This document shows, in pieces, positions 1 through 9,777 of a stretch of DNA of 40,000 bases. The DNA is from Vibrio mytili. GTDB taxonomy: Bacteria > Pseudomonadota > Gammaproteobacteria > Enterobacterales > Vibrionaceae. The notes beneath the pieces are model-generated. The model had not been told where the DNA came from, did not search any database, and saw only the letters and a program-made list of their open reading frames with translations. The translations under genes and the position numbers were made by a program. Numbering within the stretch: the stretch's first letter is position 1; every line of letters starts with the position of its first letter. The stretch is from NCBI RefSeq assembly GCF_000830505.1, contig NZ_JXOK01000010.1, positions 83,794-123,793 of the forward strand. The letters run 5' to 3'.

Positions 1-152
1 ACCATGCCGTGTTTTTGCCTTCGGTTTGGGAAGTATTGCCGACAGCAGAGCAATTTGTAACTGCATTAAAGCAAAAGGGTGGATGGCCGCAATCGTATTG
101 GCATAACCATATCAAGCTTTACACCTTCACGACCGAGGTTATCCGTGATTAG
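1..152 (+). CDS. AMMECR1-domain protein, C-terminal fragment (5' end outside window)
   Basis: The frame is open from the window edge to TAG 150-152 and is not in the ORF track. The translation HAVFLPSVWEVLPTAEQFVTALKQKGGWPQSYWHNHIKLYTFTTEVIRD resembles the conserved C-terminus of AMMECR1 / AmmeMemoRadiSam protein A family members. The pattern is recalled from memory, not searched. Confidence 0.5.
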   Translation, partial: HAVFLPSVWEVLPTAEQFVTALKQKGGWPQSYWHNHIKLYTFTTEVIRD

Positions 153-153
153 C

Positions 154-190
154 AATACTGCTCGGGATTAATAATACTGCTCAGGATTAA
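154..190. repeat. Tandem 18-nt direct repeat, period 19, two copies
   Basis: AATACTGCTCGGGATTAA (154-171) is followed by T and then AATACTGCTCAGGATTAA (173-190), with one mismatch. It lies between two convergent gene ends. Confidence 0.8.
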
Positions 191-221
191 CATTACGCTT
201 CATGACGAAAAACCACTGCCC

Positions 222-812
222 TTAAGGAACAGGGTAACGGTTTATGACGTTTTCCAATGTCATAATTCCAAACATTATCTTTCTTACAAACGACTCAGAA
301 CTGCCAACAAAGTAAAAATGAGGATGTCTTGACCATATTTTTTGCAGTTTTTTATCCAGATCCGCTGCCTGTGCTAACGTCTCGTTTCTAGTTGGGTTAT
401 TACTGCTGATGTCTTGCCCAGAAGACGCTGCCGTTTCAAAAAATATCACGGCATCATAGCGTGACATTTCGGTTTCGAAGGTTGAATTGACTTGTTCGAA
501 AAAGTCTTCTTCTGAGTTAGGCCAGTATGCGAGACCGTCTAACGAACCTCGGTCACACACCAGTAACCGATCGGGATATTGAATTCTATGAATGTCTTCT
601 AAATTTTTTTGTAGCTGGAAAATGGTTTTTTGCACCATTTTTGTCGCTGGCTCGGTACCTGACCTCATGACACCACCAGAGAACAGCAAAGTCGCAGCTT
701 CGGGAACGACGACGATTTGGTCTTTGAGCTCTCGACGAAATAAATCCAATGCGGTGGTTTTTCCTCCACCCGGACCACCTGTCACCACAACTTGCAACTG
801 TCTTTGCGCCAT
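222..812 (-). CDS. small P-loop ATPase (AAA_28 / NadR-kinase-like)
   Basis: 196-aa ORF with Walker A GGPGGGKT at residues 12-19 and a Walker-B-like LLVCDRG. GGAG lies about 8 nt upstream of the ATG. Confidence 0.75.
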   Translation of the reverse strand: MAQRQLQVVVTGGPGGGKTTALDLFRRELKDQIVVVPEAATLLFSGGVMRSGTEPATKMVQKTIFQLQKNLEDIHRIQYPDRLLVCDRGSLDGLAYWPNSEEDFFEQVNSTFETEMSRYDAVIFFETAASSGQDISSNNPTRNETLAQAADLDKKLQKIWSRHPHFYFVGSSESFVRKIMFGIMTLENVINRYPVP

Positions 813-930
813 GGGTAGACTCCACTATATGGTTTGATACATAAAGTTTAGTCAAAGCAGAAGAGAATGTTGGCATACCCAATTGATCAGTAACATGATT
901 TGCGTACTTTTCTGGTTTACTCCTAACCAG

Positions 931-2550
931 CTAGCGCGATGCCTTGTGATTGATATAACACACAGAAAAGGGCACGTTTAAGCGATGAAATTCTTTTATC
1001 CAACGCCACTGATTGTCTTGGAGTTTATCGCCGGGCCCTTTCACTTCAATCCACTCAAATTGCTCATCTTTAAACATAATCAGATCTGGCATTCCATTAC
1101 GATACAACTTTAGGTCGCTCAACTGTACTTTGAACAGTGACAGTAACAGTGAGATTGGAATAGTCGTGAGTGACATGCTCACTAATTCTTTACTCACATA
1201 GGACCATTGAACTAAGGGATTACTGATACCGTATTTGTCGTCATATCGAGTGAGTAGAGTGGTGTGGTCATGAACCAATTGCTGCATTGCTTCATCAATC
1301 AATGTCTTGCGTTTATCTACGAAATCCGAGTGGTACAAATCTAGAGGGCGGTGCTGATAAGCATTAATGAAGGCGCCTTCAATAGGGGCAAAAATAGCAT
1401 CCCATATCGTCAGCCCTAATAGTGCGTTGAGTAATGTATTTTCTGCGTAGAATACTGTCCACCCAAGGCGCTCAAAGTACGTTTTGGTAGCGAGTTCGAC
1501 CCGCTGGTGGGATAAATCCAGTTCAAGGTGATACTCATTGCATTTTGGCTTGGGTATTCTGGGGACTTTTTCCCCTAGCTTACGTTTAACGCGTTGTTCT
1601 AGTTTCTGTCCGACTTCAAACTCAGAAATATTCAATGGCGTGGTGAGTATTTCGGTGACAGTGTCACTAAAGAAATCGTTTTGTTCGAGCTTGTCGTAAA
1701 TGCGCGCTCGACGTTCTCTGCTAGGTGCTAGCTTGGTTTGTTCAAAAAGGGTGAGTGCAATACTGAGTTCATTGATACGTTCATAGTCTCGAGCGATATC
1801 GTTGATGATGTGCTCACGTTTGCGATTGACATAATCATGGTCTGTTGCCGCGGGTAGGGCTGCGATAAGGAGATCGAGATTTGCTTTTTCTTTTCTATCG
1901 AACTGCCAATACAAAGCGGATATCTGGCTCAATTCAATGAGGAGATCGACTTGAGAACGAGATTCAAAGAACCGACATTCTTTGCTAAGTTGGTATGTCT
2001 CGAACTGATGTAAACCGAGATCATCAAGGACGAACTGACTGAGATCTTGGTGTGTATTGGCAAAAAACAGGGTCAACAATACATCAATCATGTGTGCTGA
2101 ATTTAGCTTGACGATGTCGAATTGAAGTACCGCGTACTGTTCGAACTCAGTATTTGGTAAGCGTTCTACTAAGTCATTTTTTTTTAAAGATTTTTGCTGT
2201 TCAGGAAAGAGAGTTAAGATTTCGGGTTTCGTGAGCAATTGTGCCGCTAACTCTTGGTGAGTCATAGTGGGGTTGAGCTCAATAAACCCAGACGTATTGA
2301 GTGTAGAGAGTGCGCTTGTAATAGAAGGGATTTCCGGATAGTTGAGCTTATCACTACGGAACCAGCGTCCTTTCCGACTGAATAAGCGCACCAACAAGCA
2401 CTGCGACTTCTTGTCTAGCTGACGAAACTCGGAAAGCCATTGATGTTCTTCTTCAGAGAGTAAATCACTATACCACGTTGTTGCGTGGTGGATGAGTTTG
2501 AAAAAGTTATCCAGATAATAATCCGGAGCGAGGTCGATGGTTTGTTCCAT
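931..2550 (-). CDS. VRR-NUC domain nuclease, FAN1-like
   Basis: The C-terminus MPDLIMFKDEQFEWIEVKGPGDKLQDNQWRWI fits the VRR-NUC D...E-V-K catalytic motif, and the size is like bacterial FAN1 homologues. The track start (TTG 2565) is replaced by ATG 2550 (MEQTIDL) because 2562-2600 is the terminator of the upstream gene. Confidence 0.75.
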   Translation of the reverse strand: MEQTIDLAPDYYLDNFFKLIHHATTWYSDLLSEEEHQWLSEFRQLDKKSQCLLVRLFSRKGRWFRSDKLNYPEIPSITSALSTLNTSGFIELNPTMTHQELAAQLLTKPEILTLFPEQQKSLKKNDLVERLPNTEFEQYAVLQFDIVKLNSAHMIDVLLTLFFANTHQDLSQFVLDDLGLHQFETYQLSKECRFFESRSQVDLLIELSQISALYWQFDRKEKANLDLLIAALPAATDHDYVNRKREHIINDIARDYERINELSIALTLFEQTKLAPSRERRARIYDKLEQNDFFSDTVTEILTTPLNISEFEVGQKLEQRVKRKLGEKVPRIPKPKCNEYHLELDLSHQRVELATKTYFERLGWTVFYAENTLLNALLGLTIWDAIFAPIEGAFINAYQHRPLDLYHSDFVDKRKTLIDEAMQQLVHDHTTLLTRYDDKYGISNPLVQWSYVSKELVSMSLTTIPISLLLSLFKVQLSDLKLYRNGMPDLIMFKDEQFEWIEVKGPGDKLQDNQWRWIKEFHRLNVPFSVCYINHKASR

Positions 2551-2561
2551 AATCTGATACG

Positions 2562-2600
2562 TCAAAAATTAAAAAAGCTTATCCTTGTTAGGGTAAGCTT
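2562..2600 (-). terminator. Rho-independent terminator of the MFS gene
   Basis: On the minus strand a hairpin AAGCTTACCC/GGATAAGCTT (one mismatch, 6-nt loop; 2575-2600) is followed by TTTTTTAATTTTT. Confidence 0.7.
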
Positions 2601-2693
2601 TTTCTTCAACAAATCAACGTGCTTACTGACTAATACTTACGTTCAATCCGTACTCACGTCAACTCAATACGTACGCAGACTAACTTAATACGC

Positions 2694-3926
2694 TTAGGCG
2701 TTTTTCAATTCAGCGACTTTTGCGTCTGAAAGTGGTTTGGTGATCAGCGCGAGTACAATACAAACGGCCATCATTGCTGCTGAAATAGTATAGGCGAGAC
2801 TGTACGCATTTCCGTTAGTCATGGAGAAGCCAACAACAGCAGCGCCAATCGCACCACCAATTCCCCATGCTGTGTAAAGTACACCATAGTTTGTGCCGTA
2901 GTTTTTCAGTCCGTAAAACTCCGCAGTCAGTGTCGGGAAGACGGCAAGCAGGGTACCGTATCCGACCGCTGCGATCGCGGTACCGATGATCAGCGTAAAC
3001 TCTGAGTCAAAGGTTGCGAACAGAACCATGTTGATTCCTTGCAGAACAAATGCCAGCAACAACGTCCGCACACCGCCAATCTTGTCGGCAAGTATACCCG
3101 CAGCCACACGACCGCCCGAATTGAATACGGCTAAAATAGAGGCGAGGTAGACCGCGTTTGGCAGATTCGCTTGCACGCTTGCTATGGTCGTGATGTTACC
3201 GATGATCATTAGGCCAACCGACGCTGCAAACGCGTACATGATCCAAAGCGAGTAAAACTGAGGCGTTTTTAGCATGGCTTTCCAGCTCAAATCTTCGCTG
3301 CTTTTAACGGCTTGCGGTTCTTGGCCAGGTTTTAATTTTGGCGCTGCTGGAGTGTAGTCAGCAGGTGGGTTATTGATGGTTGCAGCCAGAGGTACCGCAA
3401 TTGCCAAAATACCAACACCAAGAACTAAGAAGCTGGTTTGTATACCCATACTGTCAATTAAAGACGCTGTGACAGGAGCAAGATAAATAGCCGCCAAGCC
3501 AAAGCCTGCGGCAATAATGCCATTGACCATGCCTTTCTTAGAGGAGTGGAACCATTTCATTGCGGAAGGAGATAGACAAGCGTAACCGAAGCCAATGCCC
3601 GCACCTGTGATGACGCCAAACGTCACGTTGAGCATCATAGGCGTGCTCACAAAGCTAGAAGCGATCATCCCCAGACCAGTTAATACCGTGCCCAAGATGA
3701 GAATTAATCGAGGTCCCATTCGATCTTGGAGAATACCAGCAACAAGAAGGCAAATAGAAAAGGTGATTGTTGCTGTTGCGTAAGGGGCAGAGGCTTCTGC
3801 TGCGCTCCATCCGGATTCTGTGACCAAGGCTTTATTGAACACACTCCAAGCGTATAGGATGCCTAGGCAGAGGTTGATGCAGAACCCTGCAATCAGGATG
3901 CGCATTGCTTTATCAATCTTGCTCAT
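2694..3926 (-). CDS. MFS transporter, oxalate/formate antiporter (OFA) family-like
   Basis: Polytopic hydrophobic protein with MFS-like topology. The start is moved to ATG 3926 (MSKIDKAMRILIAG) because the 21-codon upstream extension in the track is Arg-rich and non-membrane. Family assignment is by recalled similarity only. Confidence 0.7.
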   Translation of the reverse strand: MSKIDKAMRILIAGFCINLCLGILYAWSVFNKALVTESGWSAAEASAPYATATITFSICLLVAGILQDRMGPRLILILGTVLTGLGMIASSFVSTPMMLNVTFGVITGAGIGFGYACLSPSAMKWFHSSKKGMVNGIIAAGFGLAAIYLAPVTASLIDSMGIQTSFLVLGVGILAIAVPLAATINNPPADYTPAAPKLKPGQEPQAVKSSEDLSWKAMLKTPQFYSLWIMYAFAASVGLMIIGNITTIASVQANLPNAVYLASILAVFNSGGRVAAGILADKIGGVRTLLLAFVLQGINMVLFATFDSEFTLIIGTAIAAVGYGTLLAVFPTLTAEFYGLKNYGTNYGVLYTAWGIGGAIGAAVVGFSMTNGNAYSLAYTISAAMMAVCIVLALITKPLSDAKVAELKNA

Positions 3927-4547
3927 TTCTATTCTCAATTGTCGCTTTCGATAAGGATAAGTGTGCCTTCTTCGCAAAAAGTGCCGCAAAAGTTGGGACG
4001 CCTTATCAAAAAGGAAGTTTATTTAAAGACTCATTTATTAAAAATTAGTTTGCGTTTTTCAACATATAACGCAATGGGCGCGGATTATAACCGATAAAGA
4101 TGTGATTGGAATCTCTTTTTGGCTGCGATTTTAAAAAATAATTGAAGATGTAAACGTAAGTGTTTCTGATAGGGCATTCACTGTTTAATGAATAAGGCTT
4201 TTCTATAGCAACTTTGTTTATAGCTTTAGCAACCTCAACTGCAATCCACTACTGGCGGGGGCGTGTCCAATTCACACTTTAAGTAAAAATAATCACGCTA
4301 TTTTTTGTGTTAACTATCTGTAAATAGATTTATGGAAGTGGCCTATCTGAACGCTAACTACTGGATGCAAAGGAGTTCTTGAATTTGAGATGTTAACTAG
4401 TTGTAATTACAGAAAAGGAATGTCGATTTTGGTTACAAAATGAGCAAAAAATGCACTTGAAATTGGACATTAGATAGCGAGAATGGAGTGGAAAATGAGT
4501 TTTCATTTATGAAGGGATGCTTTTTTAAATTTGTTGTGAGGTGACTT

Positions 4548-4904
4548 ATGAAAATGTTCTTATTGCTCATGGCTTCTGTATCTGCGGGTGTTGCATCTGC
4601 CGATCATTTCCATTCCTTTATGCTCGGTTTATCTGTGGCGTCTTTGGCGGTGGGAAGTTGCTACTTTTTTGCTTTCCGTAGCTCGCGTTTTCCTCAGCTA
4701 GCGCTGCTTTTACTGATCTGCGGTATGTTATCCAAGTTGGGCATTACCGTTGCTGGCGTGATGTGGGGGATGTCTGCTGAAGTGATTACGTCTCCGATTG
4801 TGTTTGCCTTATCGTACTTCTTTTTCTCTCTGGCGGTCACTTACTTGTGGTTCAGTTACCGTCAAAGCATAACTCCAGTACCTAAATGTATGAAAACAGC
4901 ATAA
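4548..4904 (+). CDS. hypothetical small membrane protein (about 4 TM)
   Basis: 118-aa ORF with four hydrophobic segments. GAGG lies upstream of the ATG and a terminator follows. No family recognised. Confidence 0.5.
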   Translation: MKMFLLLMASVSAGVASADHFHSFMLGLSVASLAVGSCYFFAFRSSRFPQLALLLLICGMLSKLGITVAGVMWGMSAEVITSPIVFALSYFFFSLAVTYLWFSYRQSITPVPKCMKTA

Positions 4905-4976
4905 ATAATCTATAGTGTTTTGGTACTGCCAAGTAAATGTGTAAACACATTTCAGGACGAGACAGGATTCAAAAAA

Positions 4977-5010
4977 GGCCGATGAGTTTTCACTTATCGG
5001 CCTTTTTATT
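4977..5010. terminator. bidirectional Rho-independent terminator
   Basis: GGCCGATGAG / CTTATCGGCC forms a stem of about 10 bp (4977-5002). It is flanked by AAAAAA on the left and TTTTTATT on the right, between the convergent membrane-protein and dcuC genes. Confidence 0.8.
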
Positions 5011-5029
5011 GCGACTTTAAAATCGTAAT

Positions 5030-6397
5030 TTATAGCGTCATTGGTACCAGTACCATTGTGCCGAAGATAACAGTAATCAAACCTGCAATCACAGGAACCG
5101 AAGTACGTTTAACCACTTCGAAAGGACTGATGTTTGCCATACCGGATGTTGCCACGATAACGCCAGATACAGGAGAGATTGTACGACCTAAGTTAGATGC
5201 TTGTAGCATTGGGATAATCAGGAACGCAGGGTTTAGCCCCATTTTCGCTGCTAGCGATGGAGCGAGTTCTACGAATGCATAGAAAGGCGCGTTACCAGAA
5301 CCTGTTGCGATAGCTGCAGCAACTGTCAAACCTGTCAACAGCAACATTAGTGCTACACCGCCGGCACCCGCTTGGTCTGCAAGATGAAGTAGGTTATCGA
5401 TCGCGCCGATAGACATAAGACCTTGAGCAAATACACCAGCTGCGACCAATAGCATAACCACGCCTTTAAACGCATCTGCCATACCCACATAACATGCATC
5501 CAAGTCTTCTAGTGACTTCTTACCATCAAATTTATTCACGACATAGTGAATCAACGCACCAATAAAGATAGAAAGCACAACGATAGTGTAAATATCTAGC
5601 GTGATACCAGGAATCGTACGGCCATTGAATAAGAAAACACCGAAGATTGGCAAAAATGGTAGCACGGCGTAGAAAGCGGGTGCGTCGGCTTCAATATCTG
5701 AAACGTCGATTTTTTCCATTGGCGTATTTTGTTTCTTATCTAGGTATTTGTTCCAGAAGAAAGCCGCTGCCGCCATGACGATAATTGCGCTAATTGAAAC
5801 AGGAAGTACGGTTTGTACAGCAAAAACATCCAGAGCAAGACCTGACTTTTCTGCCGCAATAACAACATCTCCCGACGTAGGAGATAGAATGATTGCTGCA
5901 GGTGATGCACACACGGCTGCGGCTGCTGGACGAGAAATACCCATGGCTACCATCATAGGGAATAGAGTGGCCATTAACAGTACACCCAAACCAGTTGCTG
6001 AACTTACTGCTAGAGACATCAAACATGCAACAATATAGGCAGCTACTAGTAAAACGTAGGGAGACTTGATCACAGAAAGTGGTTTTGAGAACTGTTTTAC
6101 GACAACGTTATTTGCACCGATGTGTGTCATGTAAGATGCAAAGCCACATAGCAGCATGATTTGCATACCTAAGCCACCACCGCGATACTGAAGCATGTAC
6201 TTCACGTATTCTAGTGAATCCGTCACCATACTGCCTGTTGAGGTGATCTGTTCAGGTAAAACTTGATGGCCCAAAACGCCAGTTAGTAGTAATAAGGAAA
6301 TACCAGCAGTTAGCAGAACGCCTGCTGCCTTGTAACCTTTGACAATGAAGTAGCCAACCGCGATGGTTACCACCAAGCCAATTAATAGCTCTAACAT
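5030..6397 (-). CDS. dcuC: anaerobic C4-dicarboxylate carrier, DcuC family
   Basis: 455-aa polytopic membrane protein. The N-terminus MLELLIGLVVTIAVGYFIVKGYKAAG and the length are typical of the DcuC family. A GGAG SD lies 5-9 nt upstream of the ATG. Confidence 0.8.
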   Translation of the reverse strand: MLELLIGLVVTIAVGYFIVKGYKAAGVLLTAGISLLLLTGVLGHQVLPEQITSTGSMVTDSLEYVKYMLQYRGGGLGMQIMLLCGFASYMTHIGANNVVVKQFSKPLSVIKSPYVLLVAAYIVACLMSLAVSSATGLGVLLMATLFPMMVAMGISRPAAAAVCASPAAIILSPTSGDVVIAAEKSGLALDVFAVQTVLPVSISAIIVMAAAAFFWNKYLDKKQNTPMEKIDVSDIEADAPAFYAVLPFLPIFGVFLFNGRTIPGITLDIYTIVVLSIFIGALIHYVVNKFDGKKSLEDLDACYVGMADAFKGVVMLLVAAGVFAQGLMSIGAIDNLLHLADQAGAGGVALMLLLTGLTVAAAIATGSGNAPFYAFVELAPSLAAKMGLNPAFLIIPMLQASNLGRTISPVSGVIVATSGMANISPFEVVKRTSVPVIAGLITVIFGTMVLVPMTL

Positions 6398-6866
6398 AAA
6401 GTCTCCAGATGTTATGAAAGAAAAGAAAAAAACTGTTTCAGATTATGACACGGAATGTACAGAATTCTTTCTTGTGGCACGAGACCAATCTGGCACTAGC
6501 ATGATCTAAAACAAATTATAACTTTTAATAATGGCCTTAATGGTGACTTTTTATCTTGCCAATCGTTTGCGCTCGGGTTTTATATGCTGAAAATTTGGTC
6601 TGGTTTCGTATTATGTAACGATTGGATAATGGTGTAGAAAAGTACTCATTTTAGAATCTTGAAGTCATTTTGGTTTTGTCTTTACGTATTGTTGACTTCT
6701 ATCGGAATATCATTCGGAGGTTTTGCTTTTAATTAAATAATCGGTAGTATTAAACCATGGCTTTGGCGTTAAAAATGGAAAATTAGCCATAAATTTACAG
6801 AACATATGGTTTAAAGTGCCAATGCTGTGTAGAGAAGCAGAAGATATAACTAAATAGGAATGCGTA

Positions 6867-7415
6867 ATGGATTTACGACTAGCAGAATATAAGGACTACG
6901 AGCGCATCGCGCAGTTGCACTCTGATAATTGGAAGCGAGATTATCGGGGAATTCTTAGCGACGAGTATCTAGATCAGCAGGCCGCTGACGACAAGCAACT
7001 AATTTGGCAAACTCGACTCACAAACCCTCCTTTCAATCAACATATCGTGCTTGCCGAAGAGGGTGGGTTGCTGATTGGCTTCGTGTGTGTGTTTGGTAAT
7101 CACGATTTCGAGCGTGGTACATTCATTGAGTCGCTTCATGTCGACGAAAGCTATCGCGGACGTGGCACTGGCAAACAACTGCTACTTGCGGTTGCTGAGT
7201 GGGTACAACATTATTTTAAAGATACTGGGTTGTATCTTGAAGTCGTTTCACAAAACACATCTGCTATTGAATTCTATAGACATATAGGAGGTCAGGAATG
7301 CCAAGAACGAATTTGGCATGCTCCTGGCGGTTCAGAGGTCATGGAAAAAGTGTTCCTATGGCCAAATGCAGAATCACTGGTCAGTGGTATCGAAGAGCAT
7401 GTGATTTATTCGTAG
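6867..7415 (+). CDS. GNAT family N-acetyltransferase
   Basis: 182 aa with acetyl-CoA motif A YRGRGTGKQLL and a typical GNAT beta-strand pattern. An AGGAA SD is present. Confidence 0.8.
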   Translation: MDLRLAEYKDYERIAQLHSDNWKRDYRGILSDEYLDQQAADDKQLIWQTRLTNPPFNQHIVLAEEGGLLIGFVCVFGNHDFERGTFIESLHVDESYRGRGTGKQLLLAVAEWVQHYFKDTGLYLEVVSQNTSAIEFYRHIGGQECQERIWHAPGGSEVMEKVFLWPNAESLVSGIEEHVIYS

Positions 7416-7446
7416 TATACGATTAATTGCACTTTCACCATTCACA

Positions 7447-7477
7447 AAGAGTAGCGTTAGCTACTCTTTTCGGTTTT
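7447..7477 (+). terminator. Rho-independent terminator
   Basis: AAGAGTAGC-GTTA-GCTACTCTT hairpin followed by TTCGGTTTTT. Confidence 0.8.
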
Positions 7478-7637
7478 TAGAGATCTTAGGTTTTAAACAA
7501 GGGTAATGAAGCCCTTAATTGTCAACTCTGCATCTTCACGTTATTTGGGTATATAATCCACCCCAAACAATAAGGTTAATATGATAAGCCGTTGCTCATC
7601 AATTCATATGATGGCATGGAGTAAGTGGTAAGTTTTT

Positions 7638-9683
7638 ATGGATGCGATACGCAAAGTCTACCAACATGCAGAGCCAAATCTAACGATTGTCGGCTGGATG
7701 GGGTTGGTCGGTTTTCCCTTTTACTACTGGGTATGGGAATTTTTATTCCCCCAAAGCTACGAGAACCTGCCATTACGGTTATTATGCTCAATGCTGTTTG
7801 CTGGAATTATCTTCAGGAATCGGTTTCCTACCTGGTTGCGTCGGTATGCGCACATCTACTATTTAGTAACCGTTACTTTGTGTTTGCCTTGTTTCTTCTT
7901 TTATATGCTGCTAATGAATGATTGGTCGAACGTTTGGGTCATGTCGTTCATGAGCGCCATTTTTCTCCAGATATTATTGACGCATGTGACTAGGGTGATG
8001 TTTGCCCAGACCATCATAGGATTGTCGTTGGCGACGTTATTTGCATGGTTAGCGAACGGGTTTAAACTCGACATAACGATAGAATGGGCGCATATCCCCA
8101 TTTTTGTGTTTATCTATATATTCGGCAATTTGTTTTATTTTAGAAACCAGATAGAGCATGAAGCCAAAGTGTCATTGGCAAAGTCGTTTGGTGCAGGAAT
8201 CGCACATGAAATGCGCAATCCACTCAGTGCGTTATGTACGTCCATCGATGTGATCCAATCCGTGCTGCCGACAACAAAAAACGCGAGTAAAGCGTCGGTG
8301 ATGATGTCGGTTGACGACATTAATTTACTGCGTGAAGTGAGTGAAGACGCGATGAAGCTCATCCATTCAGGAAATGAGACCATTGATCTACTTTTGACGT
8401 CCATTGATGAAAACCGCGTATCTCGCTCTACGTTCAAAAGGCACTCTGCTCAATTTGTGGTGGAAGACGCAATTACAAGTTTTTGCGCCAATCGGCATAC
8501 AGACCGAGAGGTGATATCACTGGACGTCCGTCGTGATTTTGAGTTCTTAGGTAGTGCTACGCTACTTAAATATGCATTATACAATTTGTTTAAGAACGCT
8601 TATCAACATTGCCGAGCGGATGGACTACATATCCAAGTAACGCTCTACAGCGATGATTTTGTGAATCAAATTGTTGTCTCAGATAATGGGTCGGGAATAT
8701 GTCCTGATGTTATCGAAAAGGTCTTTCAAGACTTTTATACTACCGGAAAGCGTGGTCGACATGGGCTCGGTTTACCATTTTGTAAACGAGTGATGCGTTC
8801 TTTTGGCGGCGATATCATGTGTCAGTCCGAGCATGGCGCCTGGTCTCAATTTACACTTAGATTCCCACCGATAAACTCTAATACTGTTACGAACATTAAA
8901 GCGGAATTAACGAAGTTAAAAACAGTGTTACTCGTTAGCAAGCAAGGTTCTCTGGTTGATAAAATGGTTGAAATGAGCCGTGCAATGGGGTTCTCGTTGA
9001 CTCTGATTGATGCGCGTGATGTTCTTAAAAAGCAAGAACATGAGTTTGAGTTTGACTTAATTTATCTCGATATTGACGGTTTGGATGATCAAGGTGACGA
9101 GCTCGCTCGAATTGTGGTTTTATTCTCGTTTACCGAAGCTCGAATTGTCTATCTATATGACAGGAATACCATCCAAAGTAACCAAAGGGATGGATTTCAA
9201 CCTATATGGATAAAAACACGTCACTGGTTATCAGACGCAGAAAAGGTAATGGATCAACTTCTGTTCAAACCTAATTACTCATTGTATAGCGGTAAGGTGT
9301 TACCGTCAGAAATGTCAGATAAACGTCGTATTATGGTGGTGGATGATAATGAGTCTGTACGAAAATATACCGCTATACTGTTAGAAAAATTAGGCTTTGA
9401 CGTGATTCAGAAAGCAAATGGGCGACAAGCGCTGGACTGGTTAAAATCAGAGTCAGTCGACTTGATACTCATGGATCTGGAGATGCCGGTCATGGATGGA
9501 CTAGAGGCATCAAAACAGATCAGATACTCTGAAAAGCCATACTCTTGTGTTCCCATCATCGCTCATACGGGAGATTGCTCTTCACCGACTTTGGATAAAG
9601 TGAATGCGTCGGGGATGTCTGATTTTATTGTAAAGCCGGCCGATAAGAATCGTCTTTACGACAAAATATCAAATTGGTTATGA
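7638..9683 (+). CDS. hybrid sensor histidine kinase / response regulator with multi-TM N-terminus
   Basis: H-box GIAHEMRNPLSAL, N-box LYNLFKNAYQH, G1 VSDNGSGI and G2 GLGLPFC are present. The C-terminal receiver reads RIMVVDDNESVRK...DLILMDLEMPVMDG...KP. An additional receiver-like segment sits between the kinase and the receiver. Confidence 0.85.
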   Translation: MDAIRKVYQHAEPNLTIVGWMGLVGFPFYYWVWEFLFPQSYENLPLRLLCSMLFAGIIFRNRFPTWLRRYAHIYYLVTVTLCLPCFFFYMLLMNDWSNVWVMSFMSAIFLQILLTHVTRVMFAQTIIGLSLATLFAWLANGFKLDITIEWAHIPIFVFIYIFGNLFYFRNQIEHEAKVSLAKSFGAGIAHEMRNPLSALCTSIDVIQSVLPTTKNASKASVMMSVDDINLLREVSEDAMKLIHSGNETIDLLLTSIDENRVSRSTFKRHSAQFVVEDAITSFCANRHTDREVISLDVRRDFEFLGSATLLKYALYNLFKNAYQHCRADGLHIQVTLYSDDFVNQIVVSDNGSGICPDVIEKVFQDFYTTGKRGRHGLGLPFCKRVMRSFGGDIMCQSEHGAWSQFTLRFPPINSNTVTNIKAELTKLKTVLLVSKQGSLVDKMVEMSRAMGFSLTLIDARDVLKKQEHEFEFDLIYLDIDGLDDQGDELARIVVLFSFTEARIVYLYDRNTIQSNQRDGFQPIWIKTRHWLSDAEKVMDQLLFKPNYSLYSGKVLPSEMSDKRRIMVVDDNESVRKYTAILLEKLGFDVIQKANGRQALDWLKSESVDLILMDLEMPVMDGLEASKQIRYSEKPYSCVPIIAHTGDCSSPTLDKVNASGMSDFIVKPADKNRLYDKISNWL

Positions 9684-9715
9684 ATGAATATCAATCATGA
9701 ACAAACAGGCCTAAA

Positions 9716-9742
9716 AAGGCGCGAACATTTTTGCCGCGCCTT
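9716..9742. terminator. bidirectional terminator hairpin
   Basis: AAGGCGCG / CGCGCCTT stem with an 11-nt loop between the convergent kinase and ylqF genes. An A-run lies upstream and GCCGTTTT downstream. Confidence 0.6.
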
Positions 9743-9777
9743 GGCCGTTTTATCCGTTCCTTTGAGAAAAAGACTGG

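Noticed and set aside
6470-6500. Two TGGCAC motifs (CTTGTGGCACGAGACCAATCTGGCACTAGC) that look like sigma-54 -24 boxes upstream of dcuC.
   Set aside because: Neither has a GC dinucleotide at the -12 spacing. Both are on the plus strand, where no gene follows closely, and the reverse complement gives no -24/-12 match for dcuC.
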